A DNA stretch of 56,745 nucleotides, from positions 1 through 56,745 of the forward strand of contig JARGGA010000001.1 of NCBI GenBank assembly GCA_029210805.1, in the 5' to 3' direction. Position 1 is the stretch's first letter. Each line of letters starts with the position of its first letter. This document shows positions 28,153 to 36,846 of the stretch, piece by piece. Source of the DNA: Candidatus Thorarchaeota archaeon (GTDB lineage: Archaea > Asgardarchaeota > Thorarchaeia > Thorarchaeales > Thorarchaeaceae). The notes under the pieces are model-generated. The model was not told the DNA's origin. It ran no database searches and saw nothing but the letters and a program-made list of their open reading frames with translations. The translations under genes and the position numbers were made by a program.

Positions 28153-28899
28153 ATGGAGACGCTATTCATCAGAAAAATCCTCGGCTTTAACTCAATAGGC
28201 CTTGGATACAAGATGCAAATGCCAATCATAGGGAAGGTAATTCGCTGGGCTGTGGAACGACAGATTCACAGTGAGAGTGCGAAACGGAAGGCGATACGGG
28301 CAGATGGACATTTTGGTCAAGTGCTTCCCCTAGAGGATGCTCAACATATTCTTGGCAATCTGGCTGCTGAGCCAATTATCAAAAATTACTGCATATGCAG
28401 ATACATGCAACGAGGTGTGAAGGATGCGGTATGCATTAACTTCGGGCAGCTCTCAGGAGTTATTGAGAAGCATACTCGGTACATACCTGATGATGTGAAA
28501 TACAAATTAGATCGTGAAGAAGCAATTCAGGCACTACAAGAACAGAACGAGAAAGGATATGTTGCGTCGGTCTGGTTCCAACCGGTCCCATACATTAATG
28601 CAATCTGTTCCTGTGAAACTCCAGAGTGTGGCGGATTGCGACTCAGAAATGACTTCAATCTCGAAACCGTATACAAAGGAGAGTATCTGATTGATATCAA
28701 CATTGACAATTGCCAGGGCTGCAAATCATGTGTTTCGATGTGCCAGTTTAATGCTCTAAGATACTTGCCATCAATAGACAGAGTAATTGTAGACCTCGAC
28801 AAGTGCTTTGGTTGTGGAGTTTGTAGACATGCCTGCAAACATGATGCATTGAATTTAGTTCCTAGGGAGTCAGTACCTGGACAGGCAGGTAAGTATTGA
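28153..28899 (+). CDS. 4Fe-4S dicluster domain protein (C-terminal 2x CxxCxxCxxxC)
   Basis: CQGCKSCVSMC and CFGCGVCRHAC. Upstream conserved-looking HFGQVLPLEDA...CICRY. Probably the body of a longer gene that begins at 28000. Confidence 0.7.
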   Translation: METLFIRKILGFNSIGLGYKMQMPIIGKVIRWAVERQIHSESAKRKAIRADGHFGQVLPLEDAQHILGNLAAEPIIKNYCICRYMQRGVKDAVCINFGQLSGVIEKHTRYIPDDVKYKLDREEAIQALQEQNEKGYVASVWFQPVPYINAICSCETPECGGLRLRNDFNLETVYKGEYLIDINIDNCQGCKSCVSMCQFNALRYLPSIDRVIVDLDKCFGCGVCRHACKHDALNLVPRESVPGQAGKY

Positions 28900-28912
28900 G
28901 GAGGCGCTTCAA

Positions 28913-29197
28913 GTGGTAAAGAAAACAAAAATCAAAATTGATCACTCGAAATGCGGATTTGCTGGAAATACAGACCCTCGGGACTGCAGAGAGTGTCTAC
29001 GTGTGTGTGACCCCGCTGTATTATTGCTGCATCCGACTTTGGAGGAGCACCCAGATCCTCATAATCCAGAAAAGTGGATTGTTGATGCGATTTGGTTATC
29101 AAAATGTACAGGCTGCATGAAATGTGCGGGAATTTGCCCCGAAAAAGCAATCCATGTAACCCCAGGCGACTCACTGGCATACATCAGGTCAACGTAG
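28913..29197 (+). CDS. Small ferredoxin-like 4Fe-4S protein
   Basis: 94 aa with a GTG start. CTGCMKCAGICP plus a degenerate first cluster motif (C...CRECLRVC). Its 3' end overlaps the convergent gene by 9 nt. Confidence 0.65.
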   Translation: MVKKTKIKIDHSKCGFAGNTDPRDCRECLRVCDPAVLLLHPTLEEHPDPHNPEKWIVDAIWLSKCTGCMKCAGICPEKAIHVTPGDSLAYIRST

Positions 29198-30133
29198 TGT
29201 AGTAATTGGGCGGGATTGGAGTATGACTATCTCCTCTCCCCTCATACACCACTCAATATCTTGTGGCGAGCCCATTTGTTCTTCAATTTCAATCCCAATT
29301 TGAGCGATTTCAGCTAATTTTACATCAGACAATGTGAAACGTTCACGCATCAGAAGCGGTGTTGTTTCCTTGACGGTTTCCGTTTTACTATACTGAAATA
29401 TGGATTCCTTTGTTCCAAGTGCCTTACTAACTATTTTCTTCGATTTTTTCTCCAGAATGAACGAATCAGGTACTACTTTCCCAGAAACTAGGGATTCTCC
29501 AAGCCCCCATGTTGACTCAATCAACATTTGAGCACGATTATTCTCCACAACATTGGCTGTGAACATCACACCTGCAATTTCAGCTGGTATCATCTCTTGA
29601 ACAACAACGCCCATTCGTACTGAGCTCATGGGAATGCCTTTGGTCTTCAAGTATATTGCTACAGTTGGAGAAAGGGCAGACAACCAAACACGTTTAGTGG
29701 CTTCTATTACAGCATCTATTCCGTTCACACAAAGAGAACTCTCAGCCTGCCCTGCAAAAGAGATGTCTGCTCTATCCTCAACCGAAGCGGATGAGCGTAC
29801 TGCAAATCCAAGGCCATGTTTCAGCTTCTTGATTTCGGATTCGACTTCGCCCTTCAAATCAGAAGGCATTCGATATAATTTAACTAAGATCTGCAAAGCC
29901 GCTGCAATCTCAAGTACATCCTCAAAGTCACTTGTTGTGTCCAGCCTTTTTAGCATGTCACGAGCTTCAGGAATTTGTTCAATCATCTTCACATAGTACT
30001 TACTCGAAATCGAAACCCCTGGTGGAACATTGAAGCCGGATTGGTGGAGCTGTGCAAGATTGGTAGCCTTGCCTCCACGGTTTTCGATATCTTGAGGATT
30101 TATTTCTCCCAGAGAAATGACGCCTTTTTCCAT
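29189..30133 (-). CDS. PEP/pyruvate-binding (PPDK_N, ATP-grasp) domain protein, stand-alone
   Basis: GGKATNLAQL, AVRSSASVEDRADISFAGQ, VVVQEM, MFTAN, WGLGESLVSG, DIEW...LQSRPIT. This corresponds to the N-terminal nucleotide-binding module of PEP synthase/PPDK. Confidence 0.85.
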   Translation of the reverse strand: MEKGVISLGEINPQDIENRGGKATNLAQLHQSGFNVPPGVSISSKYYVKMIEQIPEARDMLKRLDTTSDFEDVLEIAAALQILVKLYRMPSDLKGEVESEIKKLKHGLGFAVRSSASVEDRADISFAGQAESSLCVNGIDAVIEATKRVWLSALSPTVAIYLKTKGIPMSSVRMGVVVQEMIPAEIAGVMFTANVVENNRAQMLIESTWGLGESLVSGKVVPDSFILEKKSKKIVSKALGTKESIFQYSKTETVKETTPLLMRERFTLSDVKLAEIAQIGIEIEEQMGSPQDIEWCMRGEEIVILQSRPITTLR

Positions 30134-30147
30134 CGTGTAACTACCGC

Positions 30148-30501
30148 CTAATCATTCGCGACATACAATGAGCCAGATGTTCCTTCATCGTGTTTAATCA
30201 TAGCTTTCTTGCCGTTGAGTTCAGAAGGATTGTCAATGGCTATGCCCATCAAAGCAGGAATCTCAAACTCTCTTGTGACAATTGCGAGATGAGAGCCAAG
30301 TGCTCCAGATAGACATACCACACCGGTCAGTTTGGAAAGGACGGGAGCTAAGAAAGTGGTTCCGGCATCATCAACTAGCACTATTTTTCCATCTACGCCT
30401 TCTTTTAGGAGTGCAATTACTTCCTGTACAGTAGTAATGTATCGTAGTTCCCCCTCTGCATTTAGTTTGAGAGAAATGAGTCCTTGACCAATCTTATGCA
30501 T
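30148..30501 (-). CDS. PEP-utilising enzyme mobile (phosphohistidine swivel) domain protein, stand-alone
   Basis: 117 aa. GALGSHLAIVTREFEIPALMG matches the swivel-domain catalytic His motif (G-x-x-S-H-x-A-I-V-x-R-E-x-x-I-P). Confidence 0.85.
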   Translation of the reverse strand: MHKIGQGLISLKLNAEGELRYITTVQEVIALLKEGVDGKIVLVDDAGTTFLAPVLSKLTGVVCLSGALGSHLAIVTREFEIPALMGIAIDNPSELNGKKAMIKHDEGTSGSLYVAND

Positions 30502-30622
30502 GTCAGGCTACCCCGTAGACTTCCGACAGGTCAGATAATGCTCGATTTAAGGGTGATGTCCATACAAGAGTCAAAACACAAATTAAGAAGTGCCACGCTT
30601 TACGGAACAGGGAGCTGTAATT

Positions 30623-31333
30623 ATGCGTGGTTACAGACTAATACTTGGTCTAATTGTAGTGGCATTGATAGTTCCGACAACATTAGTAACAGCACAGAAT
30701 ACATTGACTCCAAACAGTTCGATAGAAAATGTCAGTCTTTTTGGAAACGGAAATGCTTTCTATTCAGTCGATTTAGAAACTGGAGATTGGACGGTTCTTG
30801 TCATCTCGGATGCATTTTGGGGCATGCAATTTAGAGTCGAGGTTTCTCTTGATAGTGATATGTCCACCATTCTAAATGAGGCTCAGGGCGCTGGAAATCA
30901 GGGGGTATCAGTAAACTTCAATCTCGATTCCGATAGACTTGTCCATATTCGTGTGACGGAGATAGGGGGACAAAGCGGTTTCTACAGTGTTGGAGTATAT
31001 GATGGCTTGAATCTATTTATTGTATCATTAGGCATCTGGCTCATCGTGATTCCGGTATTGGTGATCTTATTTGTTGGGGGAATCATTTGCGCAAAGAAGG
31101 CACCTCGAACACCTGTAGTGGGAGGAATTCAAATTATGGCTCCGGATTACGCAATCCCAGAAAGATATCTTAGAGAGACAGAATCTACTCAATTTAGGAC
31201 CGTACGCGTTTCTGAAAAGTGCCCCACTTGCGGAGCATCACTCTCTCAAGATAATCTTGACTGGACTGGGTCGCTTGAGGCTGAATGTGTGTATTGTAAA
31301 GGCGTTGTTAGAGCCACTTTCGAAAAGATTTGA
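30623..31333 (+). CDS. Single-pass membrane protein: secreted beta-rich domain, TM, cytoplasmic zinc ribbon
   Basis: Signal peptide MRGYRLILGLIVVALIVPTTLVTAQN behind GGGAG. TM LFIVSLGIWLIVIPVLVILFVGGIIC. C-terminal CPTCG...CVYCKG. Confidence 0.6.
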   Translation: MRGYRLILGLIVVALIVPTTLVTAQNTLTPNSSIENVSLFGNGNAFYSVDLETGDWTVLVISDAFWGMQFRVEVSLDSDMSTILNEAQGAGNQGVSVNFNLDSDRLVHIRVTEIGGQSGFYSVGVYDGLNLFIVSLGIWLIVIPVLVILFVGGIICAKKAPRTPVVGGIQIMAPDYAIPERYLRETESTQFRTVRVSEKCPTCGASLSQDNLDWTGSLEAECVYCKGVVRATFEKI

Positions 31334-31407
31334 GAGCCATTGAAAACCCTAATACTTACATAACGGGCAGACTATGCCGCTTGGGATTGATTCGCATTTG
31401 TAGGGAA

Positions 31408-32574
31408 GTGAAGAATGTGGAAAACAGTGAAGTCAATGAACAACTAAGGCATATATCTGAGGTTTTCAGTGCCATCCTTGAAGAACGCGGCCTTCTTGAA
31501 TCAAAGCTATTCCCGGTTAACGAGTACATCAGCTTGTCATGCTATCATGTGTATGATTACATGTATGACCTCATGAAACTTGTCTGGGGCAGGATAACTC
31601 CTGAAGAATTGGCCAAACGGAGTAAGACTTTGCTATCAGATGTTCATGCTCTATCAATTACCTACCAGTGGCTATACTATGGGCTGGGAAGGATGGGGGC
31701 TGTATTCAACAAGCACGAGTCAGATCCATCCAAAGAGCCAGAAGAAAAGCGAGAGCAATGGAAATGGATTCTTGAAAATTGGTATCGCCTAAGTACAGCA
31801 TATTTCAATACGGGCAAACCTACTGTTGCATCATCTGGAGGAGTTAATCTCGCCTTTGAGGAAGATACTCTTGGTTGGATCAAGAATAATTTGGAACCAG
31901 TAAAAGAAGAGCAGGTAAAGAAGATACGAAGGTCTCTTGGGACGATTGAACTATACTGTTTTCTAGAAGAGTGTGAAGCCAGAGCCAAACTCATCGATCA
32001 TGGACCCTATCCATATAGTAATGATGAGATATTGGTGATGTCTGAGTTCACTCGAATGTATGATGGAAAGGGTGAACAGTGGTTACCATGGTCGAATACG
32101 GAAGCCAAACTCCCATCCTCGTCTCTTGGGGTTGCACTGACCGTAAAGAATGCAACAGCCACATTCAATGATATAGGAACTATGAATATTGAACCCGGTG
32201 ATTATTCCAACCTTGTGACTAATGCATGTGCCTATACAAAACGTGGCAACAAGGTAGTTCCCATTGGATTGGATGAACTTCCGGCATGGGCTGAAGCTGC
32301 TGATGCTGCACAAACTGAACTCTACATGAAGTTCGCAGAGTGGGACAAGAAGACTGCCATGATTGCTGGTGCAGTAGCATACTGGCGTGGATTTGTACGT
32401 TACACAGACCAAGTTGGGGTCACAGACAAGATAGATTGGACTATGGCCAAGCATATCGAGGACGAGCACATACCCTTCTTCATGGATAACGATGCAGACC
32501 CTGCATTTTTGAGGTTCGGAAGGTTCGACGAAGATATCGAGGAGGACCCTACACTCTATCTACTGCCCGAATAA
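31408..32574 (+). CDS. Hypothetical cytoplasmic protein (~390 aa), no recognisable family
   Basis: Track ORF 31330..32574 has a TTG start overlapping the upstream stop. GTG at 31408 behind AGGGAA is a plausible alternative. Acidic C-terminus. Confidence 0.55.
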   Translation: MKNVENSEVNEQLRHISEVFSAILEERGLLESKLFPVNEYISLSCYHVYDYMYDLMKLVWGRITPEELAKRSKTLLSDVHALSITYQWLYYGLGRMGAVFNKHESDPSKEPEEKREQWKWILENWYRLSTAYFNTGKPTVASSGGVNLAFEEDTLGWIKNNLEPVKEEQVKKIRRSLGTIELYCFLEECEARAKLIDHGPYPYSNDEILVMSEFTRMYDGKGEQWLPWSNTEAKLPSSSLGVALTVKNATATFNDIGTMNIEPGDYSNLVTNACAYTKRGNKVVPIGLDELPAWAEAADAAQTELYMKFAEWDKKTAMIAGAVAYWRGFVRYTDQVGVTDKIDWTMAKHIEDEHIPFFMDNDADPAFLRFGRFDEDIEEDPTLYLLPE

Positions 32575-32736
32575 TAAAAGGATGAGATGATGGGGAAATC
32601 ATTCAGGCTTTGATTAAAGAGGTATACCATTGTTCATGGTAGAAGGAATTGAAAAGGGACCCGATACACATAGAAACGATTATGCTTAGAAGTTAATCAT
32701 TTCACGTAGATGGTTTGTAATTCGGTTGTATAGGGT

Positions 32737-33753
32737 ATGCAGAATCGCACATTTTTTCCAGTGTCAGTAGGTATCCGTCTCTTACTTGCCATGCTGCTGC
32801 CTATTCAAATCATGCTTAGTAGTGGAGTTGCCGGCACATATCTCTCAGGATTTGGCATAGTGTGGACGCTCGTTGATGGTTTCTTCCAAATACATTTCCT
32901 TTCTATTATCATAGCCACTGTCTATGCCATCCCTGCGATATTATTCTGTATTTACTTCAAATTTAAAATTAAAGAGGCGTACCCTATCAAAACAGCTTTT
33001 TTTGCATCAACTCTAATTTTTGTGGTACCATTAGTCGGAATGCTAATACCCATTGATACAACAATTTCAGACTATAACCCACTAATGCCTGTGTCCGTAG
33101 GATATTCTGTCGGGCTATTTCTTGGATTTGTTTTGATACCCTCTCTGAGATTCCTTGTCATATCATCTGGAAATACCATATATTCACTTGAGTTTGTTTT
33201 TTCTTCGGTAGCATTACTTGCTGTCATAGCAATTCCCTTTGTATTGTTTTATAGCCATGGGGTTTACGCTTCTGACCAAACTCTACTATCCTCTATTTTC
33301 ATTACAAAGAGCTATGCTCGTTCGGGGTGGATTACGGAATCAGGATTTTATTACTTGCATCCCACTTCACTCAGTGAATTGGATATTCTATTTGCCAGCT
33401 TTTTTGTAGTTCTGATTCTCCGAATCGGCTTTCTCTGCTTCGTTATAGCATGTTTCCTTGGAAAAACTTCGGTAACGAGGACCTGCTTTGTTGGGCTAGT
33501 TTATGAAGGGCTATTAATAATCTCAGCATATCTGTTGAATGCTAGTATTCCAATTTCACCCTACGTTTCATCTGGCACCATACCTCTCCCCATTCTCTTC
33601 CCTTCACTACTTCTCATGATTTTGGTGCATAAGAGAATCAGAGAACCAAAGAGTAAACGCGAAGAGGAATTTGTTACGGTACCTATTCTTTCGAGATTAA
33701 AGTATCAGGTGAAAATGCTAAAGAATAAACTCAGTGATAGAAAAGAACCCTAG
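32737..33753 (+). CDS. Polytopic membrane protein (~9 TM), unknown function
   Basis: 338 aa, almost entirely hydrophobic helices, with a basic C-terminal tail. Confidence 0.6.
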   Translation: MQNRTFFPVSVGIRLLLAMLLPIQIMLSSGVAGTYLSGFGIVWTLVDGFFQIHFLSIIIATVYAIPAILFCIYFKFKIKEAYPIKTAFFASTLIFVVPLVGMLIPIDTTISDYNPLMPVSVGYSVGLFLGFVLIPSLRFLVISSGNTIYSLEFVFSSVALLAVIAIPFVLFYSHGVYASDQTLLSSIFITKSYARSGWITESGFYYLHPTSLSELDILFASFFVVLILRIGFLCFVIACFLGKTSVTRTCFVGLVYEGLLIISAYLLNASIPISPYVSSGTIPLPILFPSLLLMILVHKRIREPKSKREEEFVTVPILSRLKYQVKMLKNKLSDRKEP

Positions 33754-33902
33754 AGATCAGGTCCGCTCAATTGTTGCCCAGCTGAAATTCAAGAGGGGAA
33801 AAATATGTGCCAGATTTCTCAAATGCACGATGATAAGGTTACAATACTAACACGCTCCATATGTCCAGGTACTTAGATATCTTGATTAAAAATAGAAAAG
33901 AA

Positions 33903-33924
33903 GAGGGTCGTAGTTAGGACCCTC
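33903..33924 (-). terminator. Hairpin plus T-tract after the metalloprotease gene
   Basis: GAGGGTC-N8-GACCCTC. On the minus strand it is followed by TTCTTTTCTATTTTTAATC. Confidence 0.45.
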
Positions 33925-33933
33925 GATATGCTA

Positions 33934-36723
33934 TTACCTTCTTCGAATGCAAACCACTATGAGCACTATTAGGATGATTCCTGCAACTGCTATTGTGATG
34001 ACTAGAGTATTATCTAATCCTCCATCAGGTGGTGGTGTTTCAGTAGTCGTATCAGTTGTAGTTGATGTTGTACTAGTCGGAGTAGTATCTACTTCCGCCA
34101 CAGAAACAAGTACTGTATCACTGAGAAAATTACCTGCGAGGTCTGTCACAACTATGGTATAGTTGTATGTACCAGCTTCAAGCCCATCAACCGATATCGT
34201 TATTGTTTCTGAGGTTGTGTTCCACTGACCTGCTCTCAAAGATGTTCCATTTCGTAGAATTTCATATGAAGCTGGAAAAGCATCGAATGGTGTCCACGTA
34301 ATTGAGAAGCCGGTTTCCCCTTCTGTGTAGGAGATGTTGTCGGGACTATCAATAGTAGGATCCGTAACATCAAGCACAGTGACCAAGACGGTGTCGGTTA
34401 TACTATTGTCAGCATCATCAAAGACTTCAATTGTATAGTTATGCACACCAATAGAGAGTCCGTCTACGTTGACAACTATCTGAAAACCGGACCAGTCAGC
34501 AGGAGAGTACGGTGTGCCATCTATGTACAGAATATAATGACTAGGCACTGGATCAGAGGGCTCCCATGGGATATTGTGACCAATCTGACCCTCATTGTAT
34601 TCAATATCAGACGGTTGATTGATTGTAGGACTAATTGCATCTACTAGAGATATGACATCACTAGTCTGACTATTCATTGCTTGGTCTCTAGCAAAAATAT
34701 GCACAGCCAGTGTTGCTGATTCTGGCCAAGTAAAATCACCATCATAGCAGGTGCCATTCCATTGAAGCTCCCCAGCTACGTTCGCTAGGTCGTCCAACTG
34801 CATGCTAGCATATACTTCTCCCATTAATGAGTCGCTATCGCTCACATTCGCATAGATGTACAGGGATTCACCTGATTGTGACGCGGTTGGCAAGATTCCC
34901 CATTCATGAATATCAGGAGGCGTGTCTTCAGTGAGCGAATGAAGCATTCGTTGGGTCCAATTCTCTGCCTTGACGAGACTCTCATATGCACCCATCCAGT
35001 CGCCCTGATTATACTTGGAAATCTCATTTGCAAATTCTTGTTCGGCATACTGTTTGGCATCGAGTGTCTTCGATAGCAATGGTTCAGGGATTGACTCTAC
35101 AGCATCAAGGAAATCCTTGTAGATAATATCTCTGTAGTGATCCAGATAGGATGTTCTAAGCCACATATATTCAAAGGTAGCAAATTTCTCGTGGCGACCG
35201 AAGTAGCCCATTACTCCATAGTGAAAGTCGGCTTCGTACCTGCTGTCGAATCCAAAAGTATGCCCAAGACCCACTGCATGCCCTAACTCATGTATTTGAA
35301 CAGCTGTCACTCCCGCCTTTGGTGTTGTACCATCAGGTCGGTAGTAACGTTCGTAGCTCTTCCAGATAACTGTCTGTCCACCCCCTCCGAGAGCTGTGTA
35401 ATTCTGTCCATCAAATTGCATTACCATGTTCTTCTTCACAAAAACTGCTCCAAATAGTGCAGTGTCATAGCCTTCATCTAAGCAGTAGTTAGGCCGTAGA
35501 GTATCATCAATATCATAGAACATGCTGGCGCCATCTACAATTACTTCCCCATTGACGATGGTCGAATTTCCCAAGAAGGTTGCATTCCAGTCTGGAAAGT
35601 CATCTATATGTTCGAAATCAACTTGCACATACCAATCCACAAAGGGCAGTGCCTCATCAAGGGCATCCTTAATCAGATCTTCATTGTCAATCCATGAGAT
35701 ATCTTCTGCTGTTACATCATCGTCCATGGCAAATACCATGACACGGAAACTTCCTCTCTCCAAATAATCAGTATAACCGTGAATGTTTGGAATGAATAGG
35801 TTTGATATTATGCTATAACTATACTCCGCAAGATAATCTGTGATATTTTCTTGATCGGCAGTTGTTTGAAAGTTCATTTCTTCTGAATAAGTATCAAGAT
35901 CGTATAGCCAATGTGGCCCGTTTATACTTCCATATGTTCTCCATATTGCGGCCCATTTTGTATACCATTGATCCGCACTTGCATCAAGGATGTAGACCTT
36001 GTCGCGTCCTCCTACACCAGCGTACTGGAATTTGATATTTGGATTGAGGTCGTTATCCCATTCCAACCTGAACCAATCCATTTTCTCCCCGGAGTCTGGA
36101 TCGTAGGGATCATAGTCGAACCAATGTTCAAGAGAATGGTCTGAATTGTCAATCTCTGAGTAGTTCAATAGATAGAAGGTCCACCCTAGACCAGGCGTCG
36201 GAACTGCGGGATTTTCAACCAGCCAATCCTCAACCAAAGTACCATTAATTGCGCGTCCATCACGCGGGTCAAAACAATCTCTAGCAATGCCATCCGCTCG
36301 CATGTCAGACAGCGCGGTTTCGTCCACCACTGTTCCTGTTGCAGTCCCATTGACAGAATTAGTATACATAAAAGTCTTCAATGCGGCTTCATATGACGCA
36401 TTCGCCCAGATTACGTTGTATTCAACATTCCAGTTGTAGGTTAAATTGTCATACGGATAGGTCCGACCATCTGGCATCTGTGACATAAATCGTGTTTCAT
36501 TGACGATATTTGCTTCATATCCAACAAACACTATGTTGATTGTCCAGTTTCGGTCTACCTCATATTCACCAGCACTAATTTCCGGTATGACCTGTGGCTC
36601 GGTGAGTAGTTCAATGGTCTCCTCAGAGGCTCTTTCACTCATTATTTGATTCGTACTGGGAATCATAGAGAGAAAAAGAAATGATATCACAATGACTGCA
36701 AAGAAGGTGGCGGTTCTCCTCAT
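33934..36723 (-). CDS. Large secreted zinc metalloprotease-like protein (HExxHxxGxxH) with two Ig-like repeats, Thr-rich stalk and C-terminal TM anchor
   Basis: Signal peptide. VQIHELGHAVGLGH. Tandem ~95-aa repeats (PTINQPSDIEYNEGQ... / PTIDSPDNISYTEGE...). TSTTSTTTDTTTETPPP. LIVLIVVCIRRR. Confidence 0.75.
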   Translation of the reverse strand: MRRTATFFAVIVISFLFLSMIPSTNQIMSERASEETIELLTEPQVIPEISAGEYEVDRNWTINIVFVGYEANIVNETRFMSQMPDGRTYPYDNLTYNWNVEYNVIWANASYEAALKTFMYTNSVNGTATGTVVDETALSDMRADGIARDCFDPRDGRAINGTLVEDWLVENPAVPTPGLGWTFYLLNYSEIDNSDHSLEHWFDYDPYDPDSGEKMDWFRLEWDNDLNPNIKFQYAGVGGRDKVYILDASADQWYTKWAAIWRTYGSINGPHWLYDLDTYSEEMNFQTTADQENITDYLAEYSYSIISNLFIPNIHGYTDYLERGSFRVMVFAMDDDVTAEDISWIDNEDLIKDALDEALPFVDWYVQVDFEHIDDFPDWNATFLGNSTIVNGEVIVDGASMFYDIDDTLRPNYCLDEGYDTALFGAVFVKKNMVMQFDGQNYTALGGGGQTVIWKSYERYYRPDGTTPKAGVTAVQIHELGHAVGLGHTFGFDSRYEADFHYGVMGYFGRHEKFATFEYMWLRTSYLDHYRDIIYKDFLDAVESIPEPLLSKTLDAKQYAEQEFANEISKYNQGDWMGAYESLVKAENWTQRMLHSLTEDTPPDIHEWGILPTASQSGESLYIYANVSDSDSLMGEVYASMQLDDLANVAGELQWNGTCYDGDFTWPESATLAVHIFARDQAMNSQTSDVISLVDAISPTINQPSDIEYNEGQIGHNIPWEPSDPVPSHYILYIDGTPYSPADWSGFQIVVNVDGLSIGVHNYTIEVFDDADNSITDTVLVTVLDVTDPTIDSPDNISYTEGETGFSITWTPFDAFPASYEILRNGTSLRAGQWNTTSETITISVDGLEAGTYNYTIVVTDLAGNFLSDTVLVSVAEVDTTPTSTTSTTTDTTTETPPPDGGLDNTLVITIAVAGIILIVLIVVCIRRR

Positions 36724-36846
36724 CTTATATCTCCAAGTGTGCAGAACTGGTTTATGCTAAAAATGTAGCGAATCATCGGGTGAATTTTACTACAGGTAGA
36801 AGTATTAGGCCGTTGCAGATTCAATGCAAAAGGAGAACATGGTGCA

